Shown: positions 8,656-17,739 of the stretch, one piece after another
Layout of the letters: each line of letters begins with the position of its first letter
How positions within the stretch are numbered: position 1 is the first letter of the stretch
Assembly (NCBI GenBank): GCA_046861395.1
Contig: JBHHUC010000043.1
Span: 1 to 17,739, forward strand
Length of the DNA: 17,739 bases
DNA from: Fidelibacterota bacterium
GTDB taxonomy: Bacteria; Fidelibacterota; Marinisomatia; Marinisomatales; JABMOV01
Direction: 5' to 3'
The notes under the pieces: model-generated
Seen by the model: only the letters and a program-made list of their open reading frames with translations
Databases searched by the model: none
Told to the model about the DNA's origin: nothing
Program-made: the position numbers and the translations under genes

Positions 8656-10041
8656 TTATACTTTTTTGGCCAGTTTTTCCGCCAGACCCGTATAGTCCGT
8701 CGGCGAAAGGTTTAGGAGTATTTGCTTGTCTTCGTCGGGTAAATCCAGTTTGGTGATAAAACGATTCAGCGTTTTTTCCGTCATTACCTTTCCTCGGGTA
8801 AACCGTTTCATGACTTCATAGGCCTCATCTGTTCCGTTTTTACGCAAGAGGGTCTGAATGGCTTCCGCCAATACTTCCCAGTGTTGCTCCAATTCCTTTT
8901 CCGCTACTGGAACATTGACGCTGATCCGGGTCAATCCCTGCTGCATATTCACCACCGCCAGATGAGCATACCCCAGACCTATTCCCTGATTCCGGATGAC
9001 GGTACTATCAGACAGGTCCCGCTGCAATCGCGATGTCTGCAAGGTCTCCGCCAGATGATTCAGGATGGCGTTGGCCAGTCCCAGGTTCCCTTCGGCATTC
9101 TCAAACTGGATCGGATTAATTTTATGCGGCATGGTGGAGGAGCCCACTTCTCCGGCGACCTTCTTCTGGTCCAGTATACCTCGACTGATGTATAACCAGA
9201 TATCCCGGCAGGCATCCTTGAGAATATTATTGATCCTGATTACGGTATGAAAACTTTCCGCCAGGGTGTCATGGGATTCAATCTGTGTCGTTACCGGATT
9301 GTAGTGCAGTCCCAGACCGGAAACAAATCGTTTTCCAAAAGCCGGCCAGTTCACTTTGGGAAAGGCCGTTACATGAGCACTCCAGGTTCCCGTAGCGCCG
9401 CCCAGCTTTCCCCACAATTTATGTGTTTCCAGCTGATCTGTCTGTCGCTTGAGACGATTGACATAAACAGCGACTTCCTTCCCAATCGTCGTGGGCGTAG
9501 CCGGCTGGCCGTGGGTCAGGGACAACAACGGATTCCCGGCCCAGTCATGAGCCAGGTTGCGCAAGGTGGCATTCAGTCTTTTCAGCGACGGGATATAGAT
9601 AAACCGCAAGGCATCCTGCCACATAAGCGCATAGGCCAGATTGTTGATATCTTCGGATGTCAGGGCGAAATGGAGCCAGGGAATCAGGATGGTCAGCTTT
9701 TTTCCCTGCAATACATCGCGCAGGTAATATTCCACGGCTTTCACATCATGATTGGTCTGTTTCTCATAATATTTCACTTTCTTGGCCCCAGCCCGATCGA
9801 ATTTTTCATAGACCATCCGGAGCGAACGTTGCCGGGCCGATGATAATAATTTTACCTCTGGAATCTTCGTTTCCTGGCTCAGGGCGATTAGGTATTCAAT
9901 TTCAACCCTGACACGATATTTCATCAGGGCTTCTTCGGAAAAAAACAGGCTCAATTCTTCCAGCGCCTTCCGGTAGCGGCCGTCCAGGGGCGACAGGGCT
10001 GACAAGGTGCTGAAGGATGTATCAATGTTGCGATAAGGCAT
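8656..10041 (-). CDS. purB: Adenylosuccinate lyase (long, E. coli-like type)
   Basis: ALSPLDGRY, TNHDVKAVEY, HFALTSEDINN, THGQPATPTTIGKE, GSSTMPHKINPIQFENAEGN and SRLQRDLSDS motifs; 461 aa. Confidence 0.98.
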   Translation of the reverse strand: MPYRNIDTSFSTLSALSPLDGRYRKALEELSLFFSEEALMKYRVRVEIEYLIALSQETKIPEVKLLSSARQRSLRMVYEKFDRAGAKKVKYYEKQTNHDVKAVEYYLRDVLQGKKLTILIPWLHFALTSEDINNLAYALMWQDALRFIYIPSLKRLNATLRNLAHDWAGNPLLSLTHGQPATPTTIGKEVAVYVNRLKRQTDQLETHKLWGKLGGATGTWSAHVTAFPKVNWPAFGKRFVSGLGLHYNPVTTQIESHDTLAESFHTVIRINNILKDACRDIWLYISRGILDQKKVAGEVGSSTMPHKINPIQFENAEGNLGLANAILNHLAETLQTSRLQRDLSDSTVIRNQGIGLGYAHLAVVNMQQGLTRISVNVPVAEKELEQHWEVLAEAIQTLLRKNGTDEAYEVMKRFTRGKVMTEKTLNRFITKLDLPDEDKQILLNLSPTDYTGLAEKLAKKV

Positions 10042-10047
10042 AAGCGG

Positions 10048-10440
10048 TCACCGGTTAAGGGTTAATATACGATGCACGGCCAGGGCACAATTGCCGGGAT
10101 CCAGAATGGTGAGGACCGGTGCGGCACTGGGCATCTGCAAGGTGGAATGAATATTCACCATCATATCCACCTTGTCGGCAAAGGGCGGACAGGCCAGGGT
10201 CGGTTTATCGGAATTGGCCGCCACAAATCCGGATAAAGCATTGGACCGACCGGCAATGGTAATGTAGACTATGTTTTTTTCCCTTGCGTATTGATCCAGA
10301 ATGTCCAGGACGCGGCGTGGTTCCTTGTGCGCCGAGGCCGCATGGGACGCCCAGGGAATCTCCAACTCATCCAGACGGTCTGTTATTCGTTTGGCCCAGG
10401 GTTCATCGGAACGTGAACCCATGATGATAATTGCTTTCAT
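10048..10440 (-). CDS. purE: AIR carboxylase PurE with class II signature (short, 130 aa)
   Basis: MGSRSD P-loop, SAHK, IAGRSNALSG, ACPP and LQMPS motifs; ATG overlaps the purC stop (ATGA). Confidence 0.93.
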   Translation of the reverse strand: MKAIIIMGSRSDEPWAKRITDRLDELEIPWASHAASAHKEPRRVLDILDQYAREKNIVYITIAGRSNALSGFVAANSDKPTLACPPFADKVDMMVNIHSTLQMPSAAPVLTILDPGNCALAVHRILTLNR

Positions 10441-11408
10441 AAATAATCCTTTACAGCCGTTAACAAGGTGTGAGGTAGCGATGCCTGATCAACAGGAAAG
10501 GTAAATTTTTGTCCCGTGATCGTTTCATAGAGATAAATATAACGCCGGGACAGTTCAATCACCAGTTCTTCCGGTGCTTCTGGCAGGACTTCATCATGAT
10601 AGGGGTCACAATGATCGGCAAACCAGAGACGCAGAAATTCCTTATCAATATTTTGTGGCTCTCGGCCTTCGGCAAACCGTTCATCATACGTGTCGGCCAG
10701 CCAGTAACGACTGGAATCCGGCGTATGAATCTCATCGATTAACAGAATGTTGCCCGCGTTGTCACGACCAAATTCATATTTCGTATCCACCAGGATTAAA
10801 CCCTGTTGCCAAGCCTGTTCCTGTCCAAAGTGAAACAAATCCAGGGCCTTGGCACTGGCTTCCTCCCACTCGGCAACCGTGAGCCAGCCCTCACGGATAA
10901 TTTCCGTCGGCGCAATGGGACGGTCATGATCCTTTTCCTTGGTGGTGGGCGTCAACATGGGGGCGTCCAGGCGCTGGTTTTTTTGCAATCCTTCCGGCAG
11001 GGCATTTCCGCAATACTCCCGGTGACCGTCATTATACACCGTCCATAACGATGTACTGGTGGATCCTGTAATGAAACCGCGGACAACAAATTCAATGGGC
11101 AGAACCTGGCACTTCCGAGCCACGGTGACGTTGGGATGAGGAACGTCAATCACATGGTTTCCCGTAATATGTTCTGTTTTTTCAAACCACCAGGCACTGG
11201 TCAGGTTCAGGACCTGTCCCTTGAAGGGAATGGCCGCCAGCACGCGATCGAAAGCACTCTGGCGATCGGTGGTTATGAGAATCAGGGTGTCGCCCAGATC
11301 ATAGGTATCCCGGACTTTCCCCACCGTCCTGATCCCCTGAGGCAATGCCGTTTTCGTTATACAATGATCCAGGCCGGCTTTGATGGCCGGAAGATAATTT
11401 TCATTCAT
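10437..11408 (-). CDS. purC: SAICAR synthetase (long type)
   Basis: GKVRDTY, TDRQSAFD, KGQVLN, PIEFVVRG, TPTTK, LVDTKYEFG, DEIHTPDSSRYW and DKEFLR motifs. Start set at ATG 11408 (MNENYL), which overlaps the purQ stop by 8 nt. Confidence 0.96.
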   Translation of the reverse strand: MNENYLPAIKAGLDHCITKTALPQGIRTVGKVRDTYDLGDTLILITTDRQSAFDRVLAAIPFKGQVLNLTSAWWFEKTEHITGNHVIDVPHPNVTVARKCQVLPIEFVVRGFITGSTSTSLWTVYNDGHREYCGNALPEGLQKNQRLDAPMLTPTTKEKDHDRPIAPTEIIREGWLTVAEWEEASAKALDLFHFGQEQAWQQGLILVDTKYEFGRDNAGNILLIDEIHTPDSSRYWLADTYDERFAEGREPQNIDKEFLRLWFADHCDPYHDEVLPEAPEELVIELSRRYIYLYETITGQKFTFPVDQASLPHTLLTAVKDYL

Positions 11409-12651
11409 AATGGTAACAATCATGTGATAATGGGTTGAAAAAAATATGGGAATCCAGAAGGCGGCGCAGGAGCGTTTTGTCATCTGTTTCCACTGTCCAC
11501 ACAATTCCCTTTTTAAGCCCTGTTATACCATGAATTCCCAACCGGTCGGTCACATTCTCCAATCGTTGCCGGGCTTCCATGTCCTCTTTCGGTTCCACGT
11601 AGAAATGAGTCCCGGTCGGCAAGTCCGCCCGGGTCAGGCGCTTTTCCTTATTGGGATTGTATAATTCCCCTGATTCAGTCAGAGCTTTTAAAAAGGCGTC
11701 CAAATCATGACGGTTGGTCTGTATCTGCCAGCGCACCGACCGTTTGATTCCGACCTGGAGGCCGGCCCGTTGCAGAGCGGCCTGTACCGACAACGCTTCA
11801 TTATCCGTAATAATTAAATCCACCAGCCATTCCATTATCGCTTCATCCCGCGGGACTGGTTTGACCTGGTAGTGGGGTCGTGTAAATGTCAACGGCGGTG
11901 AGGAATTGATGTTTTTTTCTGTAATCGCGGTCCGCAGGGAATGAAAAATGATATCCCCGGCTGGAGTACGTTCCGGATGGGGCATGATGGCCAGCGCCGT
12001 GCCCGCCGGATTGCACACAGCCGCCAGATTATACACCGATCCGTTGGGGTTGACGGGAAATTCCGGTCGGATATTGCCTTCTTCATCGCAGTAGCGTAAG
12101 ACACATTGTCCGTTTTGCTGTAATTCCTGCAACAATGCATCCGGCACCAGAAAGCGTCCTTCGGCATGGGCAAAGGGAACGGTCAGAATTTCATTTTCCT
12201 TCATTTTCGTCGTGAAGGCTGTGCGGCGGGGCGCAGTACTCAGCTTCAGGTGAGCCCAAGCATTATAATAACCGGTTCCCACCACATGTCCGTCAATGAC
12301 ACATTTATTATTTGTCAGCGCCAACCCCAGACGATAATCACGCAATCCGGGAACGATTCCGGCTTCCACCAGTATTTGCGCACCGTTGCAAATGCCCAGG
12401 AGCGGTTTCCCTGCTTCACTTTCTTCTTTCAATACATCCATGACCGGGTCCATTGCAGCAATGATTCCGGCCCGGGAACGATCTTCGTAGGAAAATCCGC
12501 CGGTGATGACAAATCCGTCACAGGCCCGCAATGTTTCATTGTTTTCATTCCACAAAAAGGGAGCCGGAGTCATATCAGCCCGGCGAAGCGCCATGATGGT
12601 TTCTCGTTCCGTATTGGAGCCGGGAAATTGAATAACGGCAATCTTAATCAT
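11401..12651 (-). CDS. purQ: FGAM synthase glutaminase subunit PurQ with C-terminal extension (two PurS-like repeats)
   Basis: FPGSN, GGFSYED, LGICNG (Cys88), AHAEGRF, NPNGS and MPHPER (His225/Glu227) motifs. The glutaminase domain ends at ~aa 245 but the ORF continues to 416 aa. Confidence 0.95.
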   Translation of the reverse strand: MIKIAVIQFPGSNTERETIMALRRADMTPAPFLWNENNETLRACDGFVITGGFSYEDRSRAGIIAAMDPVMDVLKEESEAGKPLLGICNGAQILVEAGIVPGLRDYRLGLALTNNKCVIDGHVVGTGYYNAWAHLKLSTAPRRTAFTTKMKENEILTVPFAHAEGRFLVPDALLQELQQNGQCVLRYCDEEGNIRPEFPVNPNGSVYNLAAVCNPAGTALAIMPHPERTPAGDIIFHSLRTAITEKNINSSPPLTFTRPHYQVKPVPRDEAIMEWLVDLIITDNEALSVQAALQRAGLQVGIKRSVRWQIQTNRHDLDAFLKALTESGELYNPNKEKRLTRADLPTGTHFYVEPKEDMEARQRLENVTDRLGIHGITGLKKGIVWTVETDDKTLLRRLLDSHIFFNPLSHDCYHYE

Positions 12652-13723
12652 GACTGTCCGGCCGACCTCCGGTTTCTATGAAATGAACGGACCTGTCTCC
12701 GGCCACGACGTGACCGATCTCATGAACGGACAGGAAAGGTGACACAATCTCTTTCACGTCCGCCACAGCCTGTGGAGGAACAATGATGATGAGTCCGATA
12801 CCCATGTTGAAAACACGATACATTTCGGCCGCCGGAAGGTCTCCCCGGGATTGAAGGAGAGAAAAGACAGGCGGCACGGGCCAGGCACCGGAATTAAGTT
12901 CCACGGCACAACCGTCGGAAAGAATACGAGGAATATTTTCCACCAGACCACCGCCGGTAATATGGGCCATACCATGCACCGGCTGATCTGCGTCCAGCAG
13001 CGCCAGCACCGGCTGGGTATAATTGATATGAGGCTCCAGGAGAGTTTCACCAATGGATTTCTGCCAGCCTTCGACCCTGTCATTAACATTATAGTGGGCC
13101 AGATCGAACAGGATTTTCCGGGCCAGACTGTAACCATTGGTATGCAATCCGCTGGAAGGTAACCCCAGCACAACATCTCCGACGGTGATTGCTTCTCCGG
13201 TAATGATACGATCTTTTTCCACAACGCCCGTGATGATGCCTACCAGATCGTGTTCGCCGGGTAAATAGGTATCGGGCATTTCGGCTGTTTCTCCTCCTAC
13301 CAGAGCGACCCCGGTTTCACGACAGGCAGCTGCCATACCGGAAACAATTGCAGCAACGGTGGTTGGATCCAGCCGGTCATTGGCAATATAGTCCAGAAAA
13401 GTCAGGGGCCGGGCGCCCATTACCAGAATATCATTGGCACAGGCACTAAGCAAATCCCGGCCGATGGTATCATAATTCTTCATTTTGTGGGCCAGGATGA
13501 CCTTGGTTCCTACGCCGTCAATACTTTGCACCAGCACAGGATGGTGGTAATGCTTCATAAGGGGTGTCAAATCAAAGAGACTGCCGAACCCGCCCAGTCC
13601 GGTGAGCACCGCCGGTGTATGGGTTGATTTCACGTCGGCCTTGATTCGTTCCACGGCTTCGTTCCCGGCGTCAATATTTACTCCGGCCGCGGCATAATCG
13701 ATATGTTTTGGGGATGATTTCAT
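12644..13723 (-). CDS. purM: Phosphoribosylformylglycinamidine cyclo-ligase (AIR synthetase)
   Basis: YAAAGVNIDAGN, DGVGTK, GARPLTFLDY, GGETAEMP, SSGLHTNGYSLARK, HITGGG and FNMGIG motifs; 8-nt overlap with the purQ start. Confidence 0.98.
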   Translation of the reverse strand: MKSSPKHIDYAAAGVNIDAGNEAVERIKADVKSTHTPAVLTGLGGFGSLFDLTPLMKHYHHPVLVQSIDGVGTKVILAHKMKNYDTIGRDLLSACANDILVMGARPLTFLDYIANDRLDPTTVAAIVSGMAAACRETGVALVGGETAEMPDTYLPGEHDLVGIITGVVEKDRIITGEAITVGDVVLGLPSSGLHTNGYSLARKILFDLAHYNVNDRVEGWQKSIGETLLEPHINYTQPVLALLDADQPVHGMAHITGGGLVENIPRILSDGCAVELNSGAWPVPPVFSLLQSRGDLPAAEMYRVFNMGIGLIIIVPPQAVADVKEIVSPFLSVHEIGHVVAGDRSVHFIETGGRPDSHD

Positions 13724-13725
13724 AC

Positions 13726-16056
13726 TCAGAGTTTGTCCTGCAATCCGGTGGACCAGGCGGCACGGGCCCGGGATACGTCCAGATTGATCACCGTGTTGAT
13801 TGTTATCGTTTCTGAGTCGGTTGTGCGGCCGATGATACGGGCCGTGAGGCCGGAGGCACTAAAACGCTCCCGGACTTCATCGGCATGAGCGGCAGCCACT
13901 TCCAGCAGAAACCCGCCTGTTTCGGAAAATAGCAATTTATCTGGTCGCAGGTCGCCCGGGACATCCGCTTCGCAGCCGATTCCGTATTCGAATGTCATTT
14001 CCGCCAGGGCCACGGCCAGGCCGCCATCGGAAATATCGTGCGCCGCCAGAACCTTTCCGGCCTGAATCAATTCCGCAACAGTGTGGATCTGTGCTTCGGC
14101 TATTTTCAGGTCCGGACGGGGTAGATTGGCACCTGTTTCACCCCGGAGGGCATAATAGGTACTGCCGCCGCATTCGTCCCGGCGGTCTCCCACCATGATA
14201 ACCAGTGATCCGGTGGACTTGAATCCCATGGTGACGGCCCGGTGACCGTCAGGCATAGTACCCAGACAACTGATGATGGGACTGGCGGGGATGGCGCCGG
14301 TTTTCGATTCATTATAAAAACTCACATTGCCGGCAATAATGGGCGTGGGATGATTGGGATGATGCGCCAGATGAATGGATTTACAGGTTTCCGCCACACC
14401 CCGGGTCGCTTCCACGAATTCCCACATCTGCGCCGGTTTTTCCGGATTGCCGAAACAGAGACAGTCGGTCATGGCCACCGGATGAGCCCCCACAGCCGCC
14501 ACATTGCGCATGGCTTCCACCACAGCATTCACGGCGCCCCAGTAAGGATCAATTTCACCGTAGCGGGGGTTATGATCGACGGAGAGGGCAATTCCCGTGG
14601 CCCGAATCTCTTCGGGATAATCTTCGGAATTAAACGGCAGCATGACTCCGGCATCGGCCTGACCGGATTCGATTCCGGTACGTCCCTGAACCTGTTTATC
14701 GTATGTTTTGAATACCGGCTCCCGGGAGGCAATATTTTCATGGGCCAGTAATTGCATAAGTATGGCCGTATAATCCTCCGGTTCAGACAGCGACGGTTCC
14801 CGGAAAGTCCGATCAGGGTCGGCGAAGAGACGTTGGTATAAAAAGCCTCGGGTAACCACCGCAGCGTCTGCGTTCACGATTTCTTCATTCCTGTAATGAA
14901 CGATATATTGCCCGTCGCCGCGAATCTTTCCAATAACCTGAGCCCGCGCCCCGTTGGAAACGGCGGGAAGATCATAGACCCGATTATAATGATCAATGAT
15001 TTTATCGGTTAAATCGGGAGGCGAAACCCACATGAATCGTTCCTGTGTTTCTGAACAGAGAGTGATGGATGGATGAAGATTTCTCATACTCACGGGAACC
15101 CGGTCCAGAAAAACTTCGGCGCCGTACCCAGTTGTTTCCGCCAGTTCCACACTGGCACAGGCCACCCCGCCGGCCCCCAAATCCTTGAAGCCCACACGGC
15201 TTACATCATCCCTCTCCGCCAGCTCCCGGAATAATTGATAAGTGGCCTTTAATAAATGACGTTCCAGAAAAGCGTTGGGCTCCTGTACGGCTCCCTTATT
15301 CTGTTCCCTTTTTTCCTCTTCCAGTTCCAGAGAAGCAAAACTGGCACCGCCGAAACCGCTGTTGTCCGTCGGTTTGCCCACCAGGATCAGATCGTAATCT
15401 TCGGCATTTTCCGGGGCGTAACTATGAAATATGCGATCTTCCCGAACCAGGCCCAGGGTAACGACATTCACCAAACAGTTATCATTATACCCGGAATGGT
15501 AGTAGATATCACCGGCAATATTGGGAATTCCCAGGGGATTGCCATAACCGCCGATACCGGCCACCACACCATCATGTATCCATTTTGTTTTATTGGAATG
15601 GATATCTCCGAAACGCAGAGCATCGGCCACGGCAATAACTTCCGCGCCCATGCAGCAGACATCGCGAACATTTCCGCCCACACCGGTGGCGGCCCCTTCG
15701 TACGGTACAATTTGGCTGGGATGATTATGCGATTCATGGCTCATGACAATACACCAGCGATGTCCCTCTCGATCGCTGGCAACGGCCACGACGCCGGCGT
15801 CTTCTTTGGCGCCCAGGACGACGTCCGGTCCGTCGGTGATAAATTGTTTCAGATGTACACGACTGCTCTTATAGGAACAATGCTCCGACCCTTCGATGGA
15901 GAAAAGAATACATTCGGCCAGGGTGGGGGGGCGACCCAGGAATTCGGTTTGAATTCTGAGGATTTCTTCCGGGGTCAGGGGAATATTGGCGGCCGCCAGC
16001 TTTTCCCGAATCGCGTCGTGGGAAAGGCCGGTGAAATCCAATATTTCCTGCGTCAT
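13726..16056 (-). CDS. purL: FGAM synthase subunit PurL (small type)
   Basis: SEHCSYKSS, ESHNHPS, GAATGVGG, DLGAGG, SETQERF, FGNPEKP, GNVSFYNE, HDISDGG and LFSE motifs; 776 aa with no fused glutaminase domain. Confidence 0.97.
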   Translation of the reverse strand: MTQEILDFTGLSHDAIREKLAAANIPLTPEEILRIQTEFLGRPPTLAECILFSIEGSEHCSYKSSRVHLKQFITDGPDVVLGAKEDAGVVAVASDREGHRWCIVMSHESHNHPSQIVPYEGAATGVGGNVRDVCCMGAEVIAVADALRFGDIHSNKTKWIHDGVVAGIGGYGNPLGIPNIAGDIYYHSGYNDNCLVNVVTLGLVREDRIFHSYAPENAEDYDLILVGKPTDNSGFGGASFASLELEEEKREQNKGAVQEPNAFLERHLLKATYQLFRELAERDDVSRVGFKDLGAGGVACASVELAETTGYGAEVFLDRVPVSMRNLHPSITLCSETQERFMWVSPPDLTDKIIDHYNRVYDLPAVSNGARAQVIGKIRGDGQYIVHYRNEEIVNADAAVVTRGFLYQRLFADPDRTFREPSLSEPEDYTAILMQLLAHENIASREPVFKTYDKQVQGRTGIESGQADAGVMLPFNSEDYPEEIRATGIALSVDHNPRYGEIDPYWGAVNAVVEAMRNVAAVGAHPVAMTDCLCFGNPEKPAQMWEFVEATRGVAETCKSIHLAHHPNHPTPIIAGNVSFYNESKTGAIPASPIISCLGTMPDGHRAVTMGFKSTGSLVIMVGDRRDECGGSTYYALRGETGANLPRPDLKIAEAQIHTVAELIQAGKVLAAHDISDGGLAVALAEMTFEYGIGCEADVPGDLRPDKLLFSETGGFLLEVAAAHADEVRERFSASGLTARIIGRTTDSETITINTVINLDVSRARAAWSTGLQDKL

Positions 16057-16095
16057 ATCAGGCCGGGAACAATGGGTTGTGTCGCTCGGATCGGG

Positions 16096-17456
<1,361 letters not shown>

Positions 17457-17592
17457 TACTTCATCAAAAGCGGAAACGGGTTTGTGAATTATTTCAAGCA
17501 TGAAATGTTGGGAAATGTGACAGTTTTGCTGCGAATATTCATGCAACACCTGACGGCGTTGATGTATTTTTTGCGCTTTAGGCTATAGACAT

Positions 17593-17616
17593 GCGATCCC
17601 GCTGGGATCGCTTTTT
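17593..17616 (+). terminator. Terminator-like hairpin (possible attenuator) in the divergent intergenic region
   Basis: GCGATCCC-gct-GGGATCGC perfect 8-bp stem followed by TTTTT; no plus-strand gene lies directly upstream. Confidence 0.55.
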
Positions 17617-17694
17617 ACCGACCAGAACGTATTCCCGTCTGTTAAACCGAAATTGGAGATTTCTTGATATTTCAATTTCCCCGCTAGGGGTAAA

Positions 17695-17739
17695 ATGTCT
17701 ATAGAAGGAAAATCAAAAAACAATCAACCTCGTAGAGGT
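17695..17739 (+). CDS. Possible 5' end of a divergently transcribed gene (partial, product unknown)
   Basis: AGGGG (17686-17690) precedes ATG 17695, and the frame stays open to the window end (MSIEGKSKNNQPRRG). Too short to identify. Confidence 0.3.
   Translation, partial: MSIEGKSKNNQPRRG

Noticed and set aside
11409..11504. Longer purC start given in the ORF track
   Set aside because: It lies inside purQ; ATG 11408 gives a typical 8-nt coupled overlap.
11700..11950. Possibility that the PurQ extension is a separate purS gene joined by a sequencing error
   Set aside because: The frame is continuous through a plausible Pro-rich linker and across both repeats, so two independent lost stops would be needed. 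Read data could confirm this.
17483..17498. CRP/FNR-like site TGTGA-N6-TCAAG
   Set aside because: The second half-site matches only 3 of 5 positions in AT-rich DNA, which is compatible with chance.

Overview
Bacterial window dominated by a de novo purine biosynthesis operon on the minus strand, in the order purA-purL-purM-purQ-purC-purE-purB-purF-purD-purN-purH. It ends in an alkyltransferase-like (ATL) gene and an intrinsic terminator, and encodes every step from PRPP to IMP to AMP. The left ~3 kb carries four convergent plus-strand genes: an NADPH-dependent FMN reductase, a membrane-anchored glycerophosphodiester phosphodiesterase, a Tat-signal S66 LD-carboxypeptidase and a mono-haem c-type protein. 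The operon has several notable features. (1) There is no standalone purS, but PurQ has a ~170 aa C-terminal extension that reads as two tandem PurS-like domains. (2) There is no purK, and PurE has class II (CO2-using) signatures and is only 130 aa. (3) A near-consensus internal promoter drives only the two folate-dependent genes purN-purH plus atl. (4) The enzymes appear phylogenetically mosaic. (5) The region upstream of purA holds several strong stem-loops that match no riboswitch I recognise. No mobile elements, CRISPR arrays, tRNA or rRNA genes were seen. Family comparisons are from recalled motifs, not database searches.
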